Shown piece after piece: positions 1 to 12,465 of a stretch of DNA of 64,000 nt. The translations under genes and the position numbers were made by a program. The notes beneath the pieces are model-generated. The model was not told where the DNA came from, searched no databases, and worked only from the letters and a program-made list of their open reading frames with translations. Source of the stretch: Leucoraja ocellata (lineage: Eukaryota); the NCBI GenBank assembly GCA_036785375.1, contig JAWMAR010000011.1:13516001-13580000 (forward strand). The letters run 5' to 3'. Each line of letters opens with the position of its first letter. Position 1 is the stretch's first letter.

Positions 1-470
1 AGGGTGGGGGGGTGGGGAAGGAAGAAGAAAGGAAGAGGTGGAGAAAGAGGGTTGAGAGAGAGCTGAGAAGGGGAGGAGACAGCAAGGGCTACCAGTAATT
101 GGAGAGTTCAATGTTCATGCCACTGGGGTGTAAACTGCCCAAGTGAAATATGAGGTGCTGCTCCTCCAATTTCCGGTGGTGCTCACTCTGGCCATGGAGC
201 AGGCCCAGGGCAGAATGGTCGGATTCGGAATGGGAGTACAGTTGAAGTGCTGAGCCACCGGGAGATCAGATTGGTTATTGCGGACCGAGCGGAGGTGTTC
301 GGCGAAACGATCGCCAAGCCTACGCTTGCTCTCACCGATGTAGATCAGCTGACATCTAGAGCAGCGGATGCAATAGATGTGGTTGGAGGAGGTGCAGGTG
401 AACCTCTGTCACACCTGGAACGACTGCTTAGGTCAATGGAGTCGAGGGGGGAGGTGAATCGACAAGTTTA
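1..470 (-). mobile_element. Penelope-like element (PLE) 3' fragment, GIY-YIG region, degenerate
   Basis: Nearly co-linear with the reverse complement of the GIY-YIG end of the intact PLE ORF at 28859-31282; ORF 247..471 is its antisense shadow. Confidence 0.85.
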
Positions 471-3268
471 ACATCTCTCAGTACGTGACAAAATAAACCA
501 AAACCAATACTACTAATAACTTAATATTGGAGCTAGGCGTAGTCAGGTGTTAAGCACTTTTTACCCCATGCAATAGTTTATGGAAAATAGGTTTTAGGGA
601 CAAAATCTCATGAAATATGTTTCTAGTTAATGATATTCACGATTATAAGCAAAGGTATGTAATGATACAAATCAGCTATAATCCATAGTACAAATTCACA
701 GGTTAAATGACCCTGCTCATTCCAAGTGCACTGCCTCTTTGTGAAATGTAAATGCTGTTCATCATGATCTGAGATGTTTCATATTATATATTGCCATGTT
801 CCATACTTAGATACTGATACTGACAGGCAAATCAAAATAGTACAGAGCAGACCAATGCGTGTCAATTTAGAAGAATCTTAGCAAACTGCATTCCATAAAA
901 CTAAAGTGAGCAAACATTTTTGAAATATTTCAGGTAGCATCATTCTTACATGTTTGGTCAATTACCTCAAACTCGGAGCAAGTTATAACCAACAGTTTTG
1001 TTTCTAAGTAGAGACTGGGAAAACCAATAAGCCTTGCATACTCTCCTGGGAGGTCTTGGCCAAGACCTTGTTGTACTTTGAAATACCACAGATAAACTGT
1101 TTGCTCCACTCAAATGTATACCATAAATTAAACTTTTACTAAAGCACACCTCAAAGTTTCCAAACTAAGTTTGCATTAATTTATGGGTTTACAAACATTG
1201 GAGAAAAATCAATATAAAAAGTTGTATATTCGTTTTTTTTTAATTCTGCAACCTAGATTCAGAATATAACATCTGGTGAAAATACCCAAAAACATTTACA
1301 GGAAAATCCTTACCCATTATTTCCAGTGTTGGAACATGCTATTTTATTGAAACTACCTGTTTTTCAGAAGCTAGCAATTATGTCTTTCAAATTCACTATT
1401 ACTTTCAGGTGAAGTTTCTATTCCATAAGAAAATGTAAATAAATTTCCAAACAATGTTTATAAAATACCTATTGAAACAATAATTGTAAAAAACAAAATT
1501 GTTTTACAACTTCAACTGATTGCCAACTATAACAAAAGCAGAAATTACAAGTTGTCTCTTAAATGAGAACCAAGAAACCAAGCAAGAAATGTGGCATGGG
1601 AGTGAGGGAAATATAGAAATGTTTAAAGATATTCAGACGTGGAAGCAGGAAGAAATAGAGCAAGATAATAAAGACTGAGAGTGGCTGGGTGCACCAGTAA
1701 GGAAATATGTATGCACAGTAAGCAGCAAAAATTCAGCCCATCAAATTTGTGCGGCAATTCAACCAGACCTATTCCCCAAGTTCTGGACTATGCGGATGTG
1801 TTAACAGAATGAGGATGGATGAAAGATAAAACATTTGGAACTGTTACGTACAAAAGATTGCAGCTGCTGCAAACTTTCTCAAGAAATATCCACCAGATAA
1901 CAATACATGTTGAGAGAAAACAACTTAAATGTTACCGACCAATTCTGACAAACTGGTTACGTATAAATGTCGGATTCAGTGGCGAGCTCCAAGGAGTTAC
2001 TATACAGAAAATTAGATGTTGTTGCTCAAGCCTGCCACAGGTTTCATTAAAACAACAGAAGGAACCAAAATAAAAAGGTAAGAGTAGGACTGGAGTAAAG
2101 AATGAAGGTGAGAAGCGAATGGAAGCTCACGGTCACCTTTCACATTGAACAGAGGTATTCTACAATTGAAAAGCTAATTCGGCAGTTATTGGAAATCTAA
2201 AAAGACCATGTTTAATAAAGTCTCCTTCCAAATTCCAAAGAACATGGTCACAAGGTTTTTTCAAACAATCCTATAATTCGCAGAAATGATCAACAAACAT
2301 TTTCCCCCAGGTTTCAAGTACATCTTTGGTCATTTCTGCCCATGGTGTAAAGTATCTTAAGATAATAGTCCAAATGTGAAAATGGTTAACCTTAAATCAT
2401 CACACCTAAAGAAAACAGATGTCTTTGCAATTATACTTTCTATTAAGAGCTGATTTCAAGATAAAAATAACAGTGACACCATCAGTAGGACGGTACCCTG
2501 ATTACTCAAACCAATGCATCATCTCCGAGGCTGTAATGGGATAGTACACACACTCATATGAATGTCGTTCTAACACAGAACAAACTGCTGGAGCAACTTT
2601 TGGGTCAGGCAACAGCTGTGGAAGGAAATGGACAGACAACGTTTTGGGTCAACACTTCTTCAGAATTTATCCATTTCATTTAACAGATGCTGTCTGACCT
2701 GCAGAGTTCCTCCAACAGTTTGTTTTTTGACCAAGATACCAACATTTGCAATTTTGCCCAAGATACCAACATCTCCTCTGGACAAAGTACCCTCTATGAC
2801 TGACAACCTGTCCACCATCTTAAATATTTCTTGATTTATAAAGTTTATTTTCCATGCTCACGAACAATCCATAGGGCAGAGTGAGGCAGTTTACACATAC
2901 CATTGACAGAGCATTATTGAAACAAATGCCGATGAGCCACGTGCAGCTGAAGGTTATGGCTAGCTGCAGTTCTATCGTGCCAGCAAACCTGGCTCGGCAG
3001 CCGGCAAACCTCAGCACCAGGCCTGGCTCGCCTTCCGCAGAACTGGGAGAGGGAGACCGCCAAGCCTGGTCCCTGCTTGCCCATAAACCGAGAACCGGGG
3101 GGGGCTTAATCTCCGCACCTTGAAGGCACGAAGGTTTAAGATGGGTTGGCAAGGAGAAGGACTTGTTGCGGGATGACCGAACAGGCCTTAATAGCTACCA
3201 GCAGCTGGGACTATGAAGTGGTGCCAAAACCTGGCGACTATTATGTACACACATATAGGACTGTTTCT

Positions 3269-4135
3269 GTTTAAGAAGGAACTGCAGATGCTGGAAAATC
3301 GAAGTAGACAAAAGTGCTGGAGAAACTCAGCGGGTGCAGCAGCATCTATGGAGCCAAGGAAATAGGCAACGTTTCGGGCCGAAACCCTTCTTCAGACTGA
3401 TGTAGGGTGGGGGGGGAAGGGAGAAGAAAGGAGAAAGGAAGAGGAGGAGCCCGAGGGCTGAGAAGGGGAGGTGACAGCAAGGGCTACCGGAAATTGGAGA
3501 AGTCAATGTTTATGACACTTGGGTGCAAACTGCCCAAGCGGAATATGAGGTGCTGCTCCTCCAATTTCCAGTGGTGCTCACTCTGGCCATGGAGGAGGCC
3601 CAGGACAGAAAAGTCGGATTCTGAACGGGAGGGAGGGTTGAAGTGCTGAGCCACAGGGAGATCAGGTTGGTTAATGCGGATCGAGCAGAAGTGTTCCGAG
3701 AAACGATCGCCAAGCCTACGCTTGGTCTCACCGATGTAGATCAGCTGACATCTAGAGCAGCAGATGCAATAGATGAGGTTGGAGGGGATGCAGGTGAACC
3801 TCTGTCGCACCTGGAACGACTGCCTGGGTCCTTGAATGGAGTCGAGGGGGGGAGGTAAAGCGACAAGTGTAGCATCTCTTCCGGTTGCAAGGGAAAGTGC
3901 CTGGGGAGGGGGTGGTGTGGGAGGGAAGGGAAGAATTGACCAGGCATAAACATTGACTTCGCCAATTACCAGTAGCCCTTGCTGTCTCCTCCCCTTCTAA
4001 GCTCTCCCTCAGCCCTTCTCCCTGCCCCCACCACCCACCCTACATCAGTCGGGTTTCGGCCCTAAACGTTGCCTATTTCCTTCGCTCCATAGATGCTGCT
4101 GCACCCGCTGAGTTTCTCCAGCACTTTTGTCTACC
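3269..4135 (-). mobile_element. Truncated PLE with inverted pseudo-LTR ends and 15-bp TSD
   Basis: ORF 3484..3810 (-) has NLIYC...IYIGETKRRLGDRF (GIY-YIG). The pLTR sequence is inverted at the two ends. TATAGGACTGTTTCT is duplicated at 3254-3268 and 4136-4150. Confidence 0.9.
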
Positions 4136-4249
4136 TATAGGACTGTTTCTTTGTGTTATGTGCTAACCTGGCCTTGTTCTTATGTATGTCAATAATCTCA
4201 GATTTGTATGCAAATAAAAAGGAACAGAAAAGGGTTAAGCATGCAGAAT

Positions 4250-4900
4250 AATCAGAATCAATTGTAGTTTGATGATCCACGAAGAATTGAGGTCATGATG
4301 ACATCTTGGAAGAAAACAAGGATTTTCTGAAAGTGCCTATACATTCAATGCTGGTTGATTCAAGTGTTTCAAGAAACGGGCAATCCTGCATTTTATTCGT
4401 CTTATAGGGGAGGCAACAATTGTAGATACTGCGATTGCAGAAAATGGCCCCAAGGAGCTGAAACGAATAATCGAGGAAGGTGGATATTCTCCGAAGCTAT
4501 GTGAATGAAATGGGTGCTTTTGCAATAGGATGACAAATAGCACATTCATCTTCAAGGATGAGAAAACTAGTCCAGACTTCAGGCAGCCAAAGATTGCCTT
4601 TCAATTCTCCCTGGGGGCCAATGGCAGAAGTAATGGCAAGCTAAAACCTCTCTTAATTTACCCACTCTGAAGAAATATTTAAATGTAAATTGTGCGGTGA
4701 TTTAATTTAAAAAACCTGGATGGCAGCTCTGGACCTCCAAGATTATATAATATAATTTCCTACCCCCAGCCATTCATCAAAAGATATTGTGCAAGGAAAA
4801 ACCTGAACAATAGTGCATTGTTCATTGATGTATAGCAAGGACATGACTGAAAACATCCATGCAGAGCTTGTGCCACCCCAACACTTACTATCACTATGCT
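4250..4900 (+). mobile_element. Decayed Tigger/pogo-type DDE transposase remnant
   Basis: Plus-strand translation fragments FKCFKKR, GEATIVD, ELKRIIEEGGYSP and KLKPLLIY resemble Tigger/CENP-B-like transposases; many stops and frameshifts. Confidence 0.65.
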
Positions 4901-6075
4901 CTAGGAACATCCTGAGGCATGCCACTTGAATTAGTGGCAATGATTAACCCTCCAGCCAGTGATTTTGGGATGATATAACCCATGCAGCACAATGGAAAGC
5001 CCTTTGCCCAATCTTCCGACTAAAGTATAATTATCAATGGATGTATATTAAGTTACAAACTAAAACTGAGACATAGAAACTGTAATTAATGTTCTCTAAT
5101 TTGAAATAGATGTTTTGTGACTTGAAATTAATATAACAGGATAAAAAATACAGGGTTTTTCCCAAATACTGCACACAGCACACCACGCTACTGTACACTT
5201 AAAGCAGATGAGAGAATAAAAGCATCTGGCAGCGTTTCTAATCAGATGTCAAATGACAAGAGTAGTTTCTCATTTGCTGAATCCATCAATTATGTTACAG
5301 AATTGTAATTACTCCATGATATAATAATAAACATAAAAAAATATGGAAATTGGGGTAATGGGCAAAAGTTAAGAGGGAATAAAGACTCCAGTTGCAACAC
5401 GTCACCACTAGTCATTGCTACTTTAACAGGCAATCTACACCGTTTTAATGCGGAAAAATGATCTTAGATTTTCTTTGTAATAACTAAATTCAGAAATCAT
5501 TCCAATTTCAGATATAAATACAACGTATGTCAAATTAAAGAGTGATTTGAAAATATCCAATCCAAAGAAACAATCTATTAATATCATAAATCGACCTACT
5601 TGTATACAGATAACATTGCATTATGAAAATATAGTTACAAAACCAATTGTGTCAATGGGGAAAAGGGCATTTGAGGCTAAAGCTTCAGACTCACAACGAC
5701 AAAATCATTTCCCACCCCACTCGGATTTTCACGTTTTGTCTCATCGTTATAAGTTTATTTTTGCTACTGTAAACTAAAACTACTAAATGCTATATGTCAG
5801 TTTGTTTAATGGAGAATCCTTGCACAAGTGTCAATGGAAGCAATTTCTTGTCAGTTTCGATCATCATCTGTAGTGAATACGCCAGACTGCGTTCTTAAGA
5901 GTGTTGGCTGTAACTGTGGGGAGTTGCATGGCAAGTATTTACCCCTCAGCTTTATTTTCTAAAGTAGGTTTTATCTGCTTGTCAATTCCAAAGTAACTTA
6001 TAAGTGGTTCTCCCGTTCCTGATCAAAATCACGTTATATCTAATTGGCATTAAGAAATTACACGTTCTTTCTTAA

Positions 6076-6378
6076 GGGTCTGTCCCACTGTACGAGGTAA
6101 TTCAAGAGCTCTCTCGAGTTAAAAAAAATCAAACTCGTGGCAAGCATGTAGAATGTACATAGCGGCTACGTCGGAGCTCAGGACGTCTCTTAGCGGCTCG
6201 TAACGCTAACGGCAGGTACTCGGGAAACGCGGTAAGCTCGTGAAGATTTTTTAACATGTTGAAAAATGTCCACGAGAACCCAGAGTACCTACGAGCGGCT
6301 ATTACCGGAATTCTCTGAGTTCAAATCAGGGGAATCTCGGGAAAACTCTTGAATTAGCTCCTACAGTGGGACAGCCCC
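6076..6378. mobile_element. MITE with ~21-bp TIRs (GGGTCTGTCCCACTGTACGAG), possibly PIF/Harbinger-like
   Basis: TIRs seen at both ends, central palindrome TTTTAACATGTTGAAAA, preceded by TTAA; related copies at 37212 and 37601. Superfamily assignment is inference. Confidence 0.75.
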
Positions 6379-6469
6379 ATTCAGGTTATATTGTCCTATT
6401 GGGTCTGCAATCTATCTGAAACTGTCTTTTTGACTTCCTGGTCTCAGTCATTTAGAACGGATCACAACA

Positions 6470-7325
6470 TTTCTTCCATCATGATCATCAACAATGGAGT
6501 CCCGAAGGGTTGCATGTTCATTCCCTGTGCACCGTGACAACATGGCCAAGAGCAGTGCCAATTCATCAAAGATGAGACAAAGTACAGGAAATAAATAGAG
6601 AAACCTATATCATGGTGTCAGGCTAGCCCTTAATGCCAGCAAAGCAAAATAGTTGGTTGTTCACCTTAGGAATCAAAGAGGTGAACACAACTAACCTCAT
6701 CAACAGAGTTGTTGTTGAGATGGTTTTGACTGCATCAAGTTCCTGGGTATCCGCAGCCCCTAACGTAGTTCCCTTCGCACTGATGCGTTCATCAACAAAG
6801 CACAGCAGCATATTATCTTACTTATGCCTGTTAAAAATTTGGCTTGTCCACAAGGATTCTCTTGAACATCTACAGATACACTATAGAAAGCATTCTACAA
6901 GGTTGCATTTCAGCCTGATACAGCAACTGCTCTGGTCTTGGCCATGTGAACTCGCTCAGAGTGGTGAACAAACTTGCAACTTCTTTCCATCAGTCCAACA
7001 TTCACATGCAACAGAAAGGCTGGAAGTAGCAAAGATCCCTGCCACCCCTGGCTATTCTCTTTAATCTCTTCTACTTTCTGGGGAAAGATATTGGAGATTG
7101 AAAGCCTGGATGTTCAGACTTAAGACCAGCTTCGTCCCCACTGTTACCAGACTCCTGAACCAAATCACCTCTTTCATATCCCATTCCTGGAAGTGCTGCC
7201 ATGCATTCTTACTCTACCTCGTCTGGTTGTTGTGTTTTTGGACTAGTCTTTGCTCGACCTCAGACTGCATTATAATACTGCTTTCTCTGGAGCTTAATGT
7301 GAATAAGGTGTATATAACAATAAAC
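6470..7325 (+). mobile_element. Highly decayed Rex1/Babar-like LINE 3' portion
   Basis: Degenerate similarity to the C-terminal region and 3' tail of the better-preserved copies at 12466-13849 and 57199-57855. Confidence 0.55.
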
Positions 7326-8489
7326 TAGTTTGAGTCCGAATCCAAATCAAAACATTATCTGGGACAACAGATTTTGGATTTGAGACTATTTTCAAATTGA
7401 CTGCTTCAGTCAACATACCACCTGAAGTAGCAGCACTGACTATTTCCCCTCTACTGCCCATTAGTTTTAATAGGACCATCTACCAAATGTCTTGCATCAG
7501 CTTGCCAAATTTTTATTGACAAGACTTCACAAATCCAAAGACCAACCAACCACATTACAGGCATTATAATTGTCACAGAATGAAAGACATTATTAAACAG
7601 ACCAAAATAAATGCAGCAGATCTCTAGTGGAAATTTGCTGCAGGAGATAATCAGAGCAAGTGTGTTTCAAAAGAATCAACCACCTGTCCACAAATCATGA
7701 ACTGTGAATTTAAAACATCATTTCCCACCAGAACATGTTCAGCACCGGTCAAGTTTTAATTTTCTACCCCTTATAGATGAAACAATCTTGTCAAGAAAAT
7801 CATGACTCAGCGGGGATTCATGAGATTTCTACATCAACCTTTTAACAACTCAGGTAATGAAACTCAGCCTTTGAATAAGTCAGTTACTTTTACACTACGT
7901 GTACAACTACTACATTAACAATAAATCTTCAATGGGTCGGATGATCCATGGTTTTCATGGGTTAATAATGCCTATTGCTAGATGGTTTAACCAAAACAAA
8001 CTAAGCAAATTAATCTGGAATCTAGATGATAGAAGGGTGACACATTGTACAGCATGTAACGGGGCAGGAATGACATCTGTTAAGGGAATCTGAAGTGAGC
8101 TTTCAAACAATAGGATACTAATTAATTTGCCAATTGCAAATTGCAAGGAGTCTATCACTGCTTTGACAAACAAAAGATTGGAGTGATCAGTGCCCTATCA
8201 TTATGGACAATTGATGCTTCCAGATTCTCAGCTTCATAACTTGTTGGGACTGTTTTACAAACTGCATACATGCAGACATCTTTGGCATTATACAAGGTTT
8301 TAGAAGATAAAAAGCAATTACCTCCTTTTGCAAATCAATAAACTGCAGCTACTGGAAATTTGAAATAAAAGCTGAGTCTGCTGCTATTTGTTCTATGCAT
8401 TAACGATTTGTTTGACAATGTAATTAACATTGTTTGCAAATAACACTAAATGAAAACAGTATAGAAAACAGTAAGGAAGAATATCCAAG

Positions 8490-9240
8490 TTAACAGTGGG
8501 GAAGATGGGCCAAGGATGGGAAATGCAATTTTAACTGAGAAATATGGGGTGTTGCACTTTAGTATGTCAAACCAAGGCAGGAATTGCACAGCAAATGTTA
8601 GACATGGAGAGTGTTACAAAACATGAGATCTGGGATTACAGGTGCATGGTTCTCTAAAAGCGACGAGTCAGGTGGACAGTGTGGTGGAGGCACACTTGCC
8701 TTCATTGGGAGGGGTATTGAGCACAAAAATGGAGACATCACAGCGCACTGTGCAAATCGTTGGTGCGACCACACTTGGAATGCTGTGTGTAGTTCTGGCC
8801 ACCCAGCAATAGGAAGGATGTCATTAATGTTAGAAGGGTGAGGAAGAGATTCACAAAGATTTTGCCTGGGCCTGCGAATAATATTGAGAGGTTGGATAGG
8901 TTGGGACTTTTTTCTTTGGAGGACAGGTGACCTTACTGAGGTGTCCAAGATCATGACAGGCATGGATAAAATGAATGCCAACAATCATTTTCCCAAGGTA
9001 GAAGATTCTAAAATATAGATGGCATAGACATGAGGTGAGAGGGGGAGGGGGAATATTTAAGAGGTATTTCAGGGGCAGCTTTTTCCACTAAGAGTCCATA
9101 TCAGGAATGAGCTGTCAAAGGTAGCCACAGTATAGGGTGCAATTAAACCTCAATTTGTCAGATGGAACCAGCCCAATAGGCCAACTTGGACAAGGTGGAC
9201 CAAAGAGCCCGTTTCCACTGTACAGCCTTATGACTAAAAC
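8490..9240 (+). mobile_element. Decayed CR1 LINE 3' fragment
   Basis: Similar to the CR1 ORF2 C-terminus (LAFIGRGIE, HLE.C..FW.P) and the 3' tail of the copies at 24995 and 52530. Confidence 0.7.
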
Positions 9241-9699
9241 AGTAGAAATGCTACTTAGGCCAAGGAGTATTTGGGAAACAGCAGTTAACACTAGTTCTGA
9301 CAATGGGTCTTGACCTGAAATGTCCTTTTTATTTCTTCATTCCACAGAGGCTGTCTGACCCGAGTGTATCTAGCATTCCCTTTTTTATTTAGTTTTGTTC
9401 AAGCCCGTCAGGAAGGCCATTATATCTCACAGAAATCAGATTTCCAGTGCAGGTGTAGTAAATTCAGCCACAACTATACCTTACGCCTACTCACCACTCC
9501 CTCCCCTCATTGCCTTCCCTTCCAAACCTGCCCCCTCCCACCCACCCCCCATCTTCATCCCCAACTGTCGCCTCGCTCATCACCATCTCCTATAGTTCCT
9601 CTCTCCCTATCTCTGCCACCTTCCCCAAACCCTCTCCCACGTCTCTCTCCCTCCATCCCTTCCCCATCAGGGGCTTGACCCGAAACGTCACCCATTCAT

Positions 9700-11160
9700 A
9701 GTCAGAGTGATAGTGTGGAAACAGGACCTTCAGCCCAACTTGTCCCAGCTACAATAGTCCCACCTGCCACCATTAGGTCCATATCTCTCAAAACATATCC
9801 TATCCATGTACTTGTCTGTTTCTTAAATGTTGGGATAGACCCTGCCTCAACTACTTCCTGTGGCAGCTCGTTCCATACATCACCCTTTGTGTTAAAAAGT
9901 TACCCCTCAGATTACCATTAAGTATTTTTCCCCTTCACCACAAACCTTTGTCCTCTGGTCCTCGACTGACCGACTCTGGACAAGAGACTCTGCATCTACC
10001 ACATCTATTCCTCTCATGATCTTGTACACTTCTATAAGTCCACCAGGTGGCGCTGTACATGGCAGCCTTGCCAACAGCCTGTCTCATCTTTTTCTTCTTT
10101 TGTTGTTTAGCTCAGTGTTTACTTGTATGTTTTCAGTGTACTTTTAGTTTTTGTATTGTGTGGTGGGGGGGGTTGGGGGAAATCCTTTTTTATCTCTTTC
10201 CTCGACGGAGCTGCGACTTTTTCCATCATATCTCCGTCTGCATGGCGGCTTTAACATCGTGGATCTGGCAGTCCCTTTGTTGGGATTGTCTGTGGGGCTC
10301 CAACCGCAGGAACTTCAACCGCCCTGATGCAGGAGCTTCGACTGCCCTGATCGCGGGGATTTTGATCGCCCTGGCTGCGGAAGTTTCGATTGCCCCGACC
10401 ACGGGAGAAAAGCAGGAAAGAAAGTATGTTATTCGCCCTCCATCACAGTGGGGAATGAGGTGTTGCCGAAAAAACAAGATGGACGTGCTGCCTGCACCGT
10501 GAGGACTCTGAGGGAGTGCCGTGAATGCAGTGGTCTCTGTGTTTTGTAGGAACATGGCTACATGTGGACATCCCGGAGTCTAGTGCGAGTGTTGACGGCT
10601 TTCTGACTGTTCGGGCGGACAGGGACTGCAGAGAGTGACAGTGGTCAGTACAACTCTGGTCACATCACAGTGTGGCCCGGACATTGAACTGATGGCTGTG
10701 GGTCTCCTCTTATGCTGTGTGCCCTGTGGATTCTCACATGCCGTTGTGGTGGCAGTTTAAGTCTATGTTTAATTTTTATGTGGTTATGTATCTTGTTGCT
10801 TTTTTGTATGACTGGTGGCAAATCAAATTCCTTGTATGTTTACATACTTGGCTACCAAGGCAAATTCCTTGTATGTAAATACTTGGCCAATAAACTTATT
10901 CATTCATTAATAAATTAATTACAATACAATCACCCATCATCCTCCTTTACTCCAAGGAATACAGTCCCAGTTTACTCAACTCCTCTACATACAGATCACT
11001 CTAGTCCTGGCAACATCTCGTAAATCTTCTCAGTACCCTTTCCAGCTTGACCACGTCTCTCCTATAACAGTGCCCAGAACCGAACTGAACGCAATATTCT
11101 AAATGTGGCCTCACCAATGTCTTATACAACTGGGACATGACCTCCCAACTTCTACACTAT
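9700..11160 (-). mobile_element. CR1 3' fragment split by a ~890-bp non-autonomous insertion (10039-10929)
   Basis: The CR1 sequence ...CTCTATAAG/ATCACCC... is interrupted at 10038 and resumes at ~10930. The insert ends in an AATAAA/(TTCA)/(TACAA) tail and shares motifs with 47275-47945. Confidence 0.65.
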
Positions 11161-11506
11161 TGCTTTTCTGCAGAGATGCTGCCTGACCTGCTTAGTTACA
11201 CCAGCATTTTGTGCCTATCTTCAGTGTTAACCAACATCTGTAGTTTCTACACATTTCGTCTCTCGCTCCCTTGTCTCACACTCTCATCCTCCCCCTCTTG
11301 CCGTGACTCATCCTCCCTCCGGCGCTCTCTCTCCTTCCTTCCCCTTTGTACCACTCTCGGCCCCACAACTCTTAACCCGCCGCCACCACCCCCCCCCCCC
11401 CCCCGCCCGCCGCCGCCCCCCTGCCGCTCTTTCTTTCCTTCCCTCCCCCTCCCCACGTTCTCACCCTCTTCGACCCCACTCCATCCGCCCGCCTCCTCTT
11501 CCACCC

Positions 11507-11529
11507 ACACACACACACACACACACACA
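11507..11529. repeat. (CA)n microsatellite
   Basis: Direct dinucleotide run. Confidence 0.95.
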
Positions 11530-11697
11530 ATGCACCCCGCCGGCTCTCACCCCAGGCTCTTCTCGCCCACACACACACTCACTCACTCACCCACCCCAAC
11601 ACCCCCTTCTCCCGGCTCCTACCCTACTCCGCCGATGTCTCTCCCCATCAGCACCCTGCCCAATACGCCCGTCGCTCTCTCACTCCCCACGGCTCAC

Positions 11698-11912
11698 CAG
11701 AAGAAAGTGACGGTGCCGTCGTCAAACACCACGGACTCGGTGCTGCGCCGGGCCTCGTTCACCTTGTCCCGCCCGCCGCCCGCCTCTCCACGCTGCACTC
11801 GCCCTCCCGGCGGCGGCGGCGGCGGCGACTCGGGCTCACTCCACAAGCCGTTGGGCTCTCCGCCGGCCGGCCTCCTCACCACGCGGCGATCGGCGCTGGC
11901 CCCGCGGATCAT
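11698..11912 (-). CDS. PTDSS2: Phosphatidylserine synthase 2, coding exon 1 (5' partial gene)
   Basis: Translation ends RRSTESVVFDDGTVTFF(W), matching the recalled human PTDSS2 RRSTESEVYDDGTNTFFW. ATG in CCGCCAGCATGA context. Phase-2 donor TG|GTGAGC at 11697. Lies in the CpG island. Confidence 0.93.
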
Positions 11913-12125
11913 GCTGGCGGGTTGCAGGGCAGGGTAAAGCAGCGTCTGTGTCTCTCTCTCTCACTCTCTCTCCCCGCTGGGGCTCCGCTCCCTCGGTCGG
12001 GTCGGGGCGCCACTGCACGCCGTTCCTCCGACCCTGCTCCCGCCGCACCAGTGCGCATGCGCCCACCCGGCCGCCGTGGGGGTGGGGCGGGGCTGAAATG
12101 GCGCCACAGCGAGGCTAGCGGGGCA

Positions 12126-12346
12126 CCTGGGGCACGTGACCGGGAGGGGCCTTGGACGCGGCACGTGACCTGGATGGGGCAACCAACGCGGCACGTGACC
12201 TAGAGGGGCATTTGACGCGGCACGTGACCTAGAGGGCCTTTGGATGCGGCACGTGACCTGGAGGGCATTGGATGCAGCACGTGACCTAGATGGGGCATTG
12301 GACGTAGTACGTGACCTGGAGGGGCATTGGAGCTGGCATGTGACCA
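12126..12346. repeat. ~29-bp minisatellite, 8 units, each with an E-box (GGCACGTGACC)
   Basis: CACGTG at 12133, 12162, 12192, 12221, 12250 and 12278; variants TACGTG at 12308 and CATGTG at 12337; spacing 28-30 bp. Confidence 0.95.
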
Positions 12347-12465
12347 TAAGGGGCCCGACTTCCAGTACTACCACGAAGCTGTGGGCGTATCGCAGGGGCA
12401 TTGGACGTAGCATATCACAGAGAGGGGCCCCTCTTCTGGTACAACAATGCCACAGTTACTGAGGG

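Larger units (their letters stand above)
11350..12420. promoter_or_regulatory. CpG island / probable bidirectional promoter
   Basis: Very GC- and CpG-rich. NRF1 motif TGCGCATGCGC at 12052-12062, GC box GGGGCGGGG at 12084-12092, YY1-like AAATGGCG at 12096-12103. Contains PTDSS2 exon 1 and lies upstream of the plus-strand gene. Confidence 0.85.

Noticed and set aside
965-1150. Possible minus-strand exon ending GAG|GTAAT
   Set aside because: No reading frame resembles PTDSS2 and the acceptor is weak.
7801-7812. AP-1/ARE-like ATGACTCAGC in PTDSS2 intron 1
   Set aside because: A single short motif, expected by chance in 64 kb; no supporting context.
1-11697. PTDSS2 exon 2 (expected RAHTLTVLF...EETPQD)
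   Set aside because: Not found by eye on the minus strand; probably left of the window. tBLASTn would confirm.
12126-12346. Regularly spaced repeats resembling a CRISPR array
   Set aside because: The inter-motif sequences are homologous to each other (no unique spacers), the context is a vertebrate CpG island and there are no cas genes; it is a minisatellite.
11137-12462. Long overlapping ORFs across the CpG island (e.g. 11137..11937, 11961..12413)
   Set aside because: Low-complexity products of GC-rich and repeat DNA lacking stops; only the PTDSS2 frame has a recognisable homologue and splice donor.
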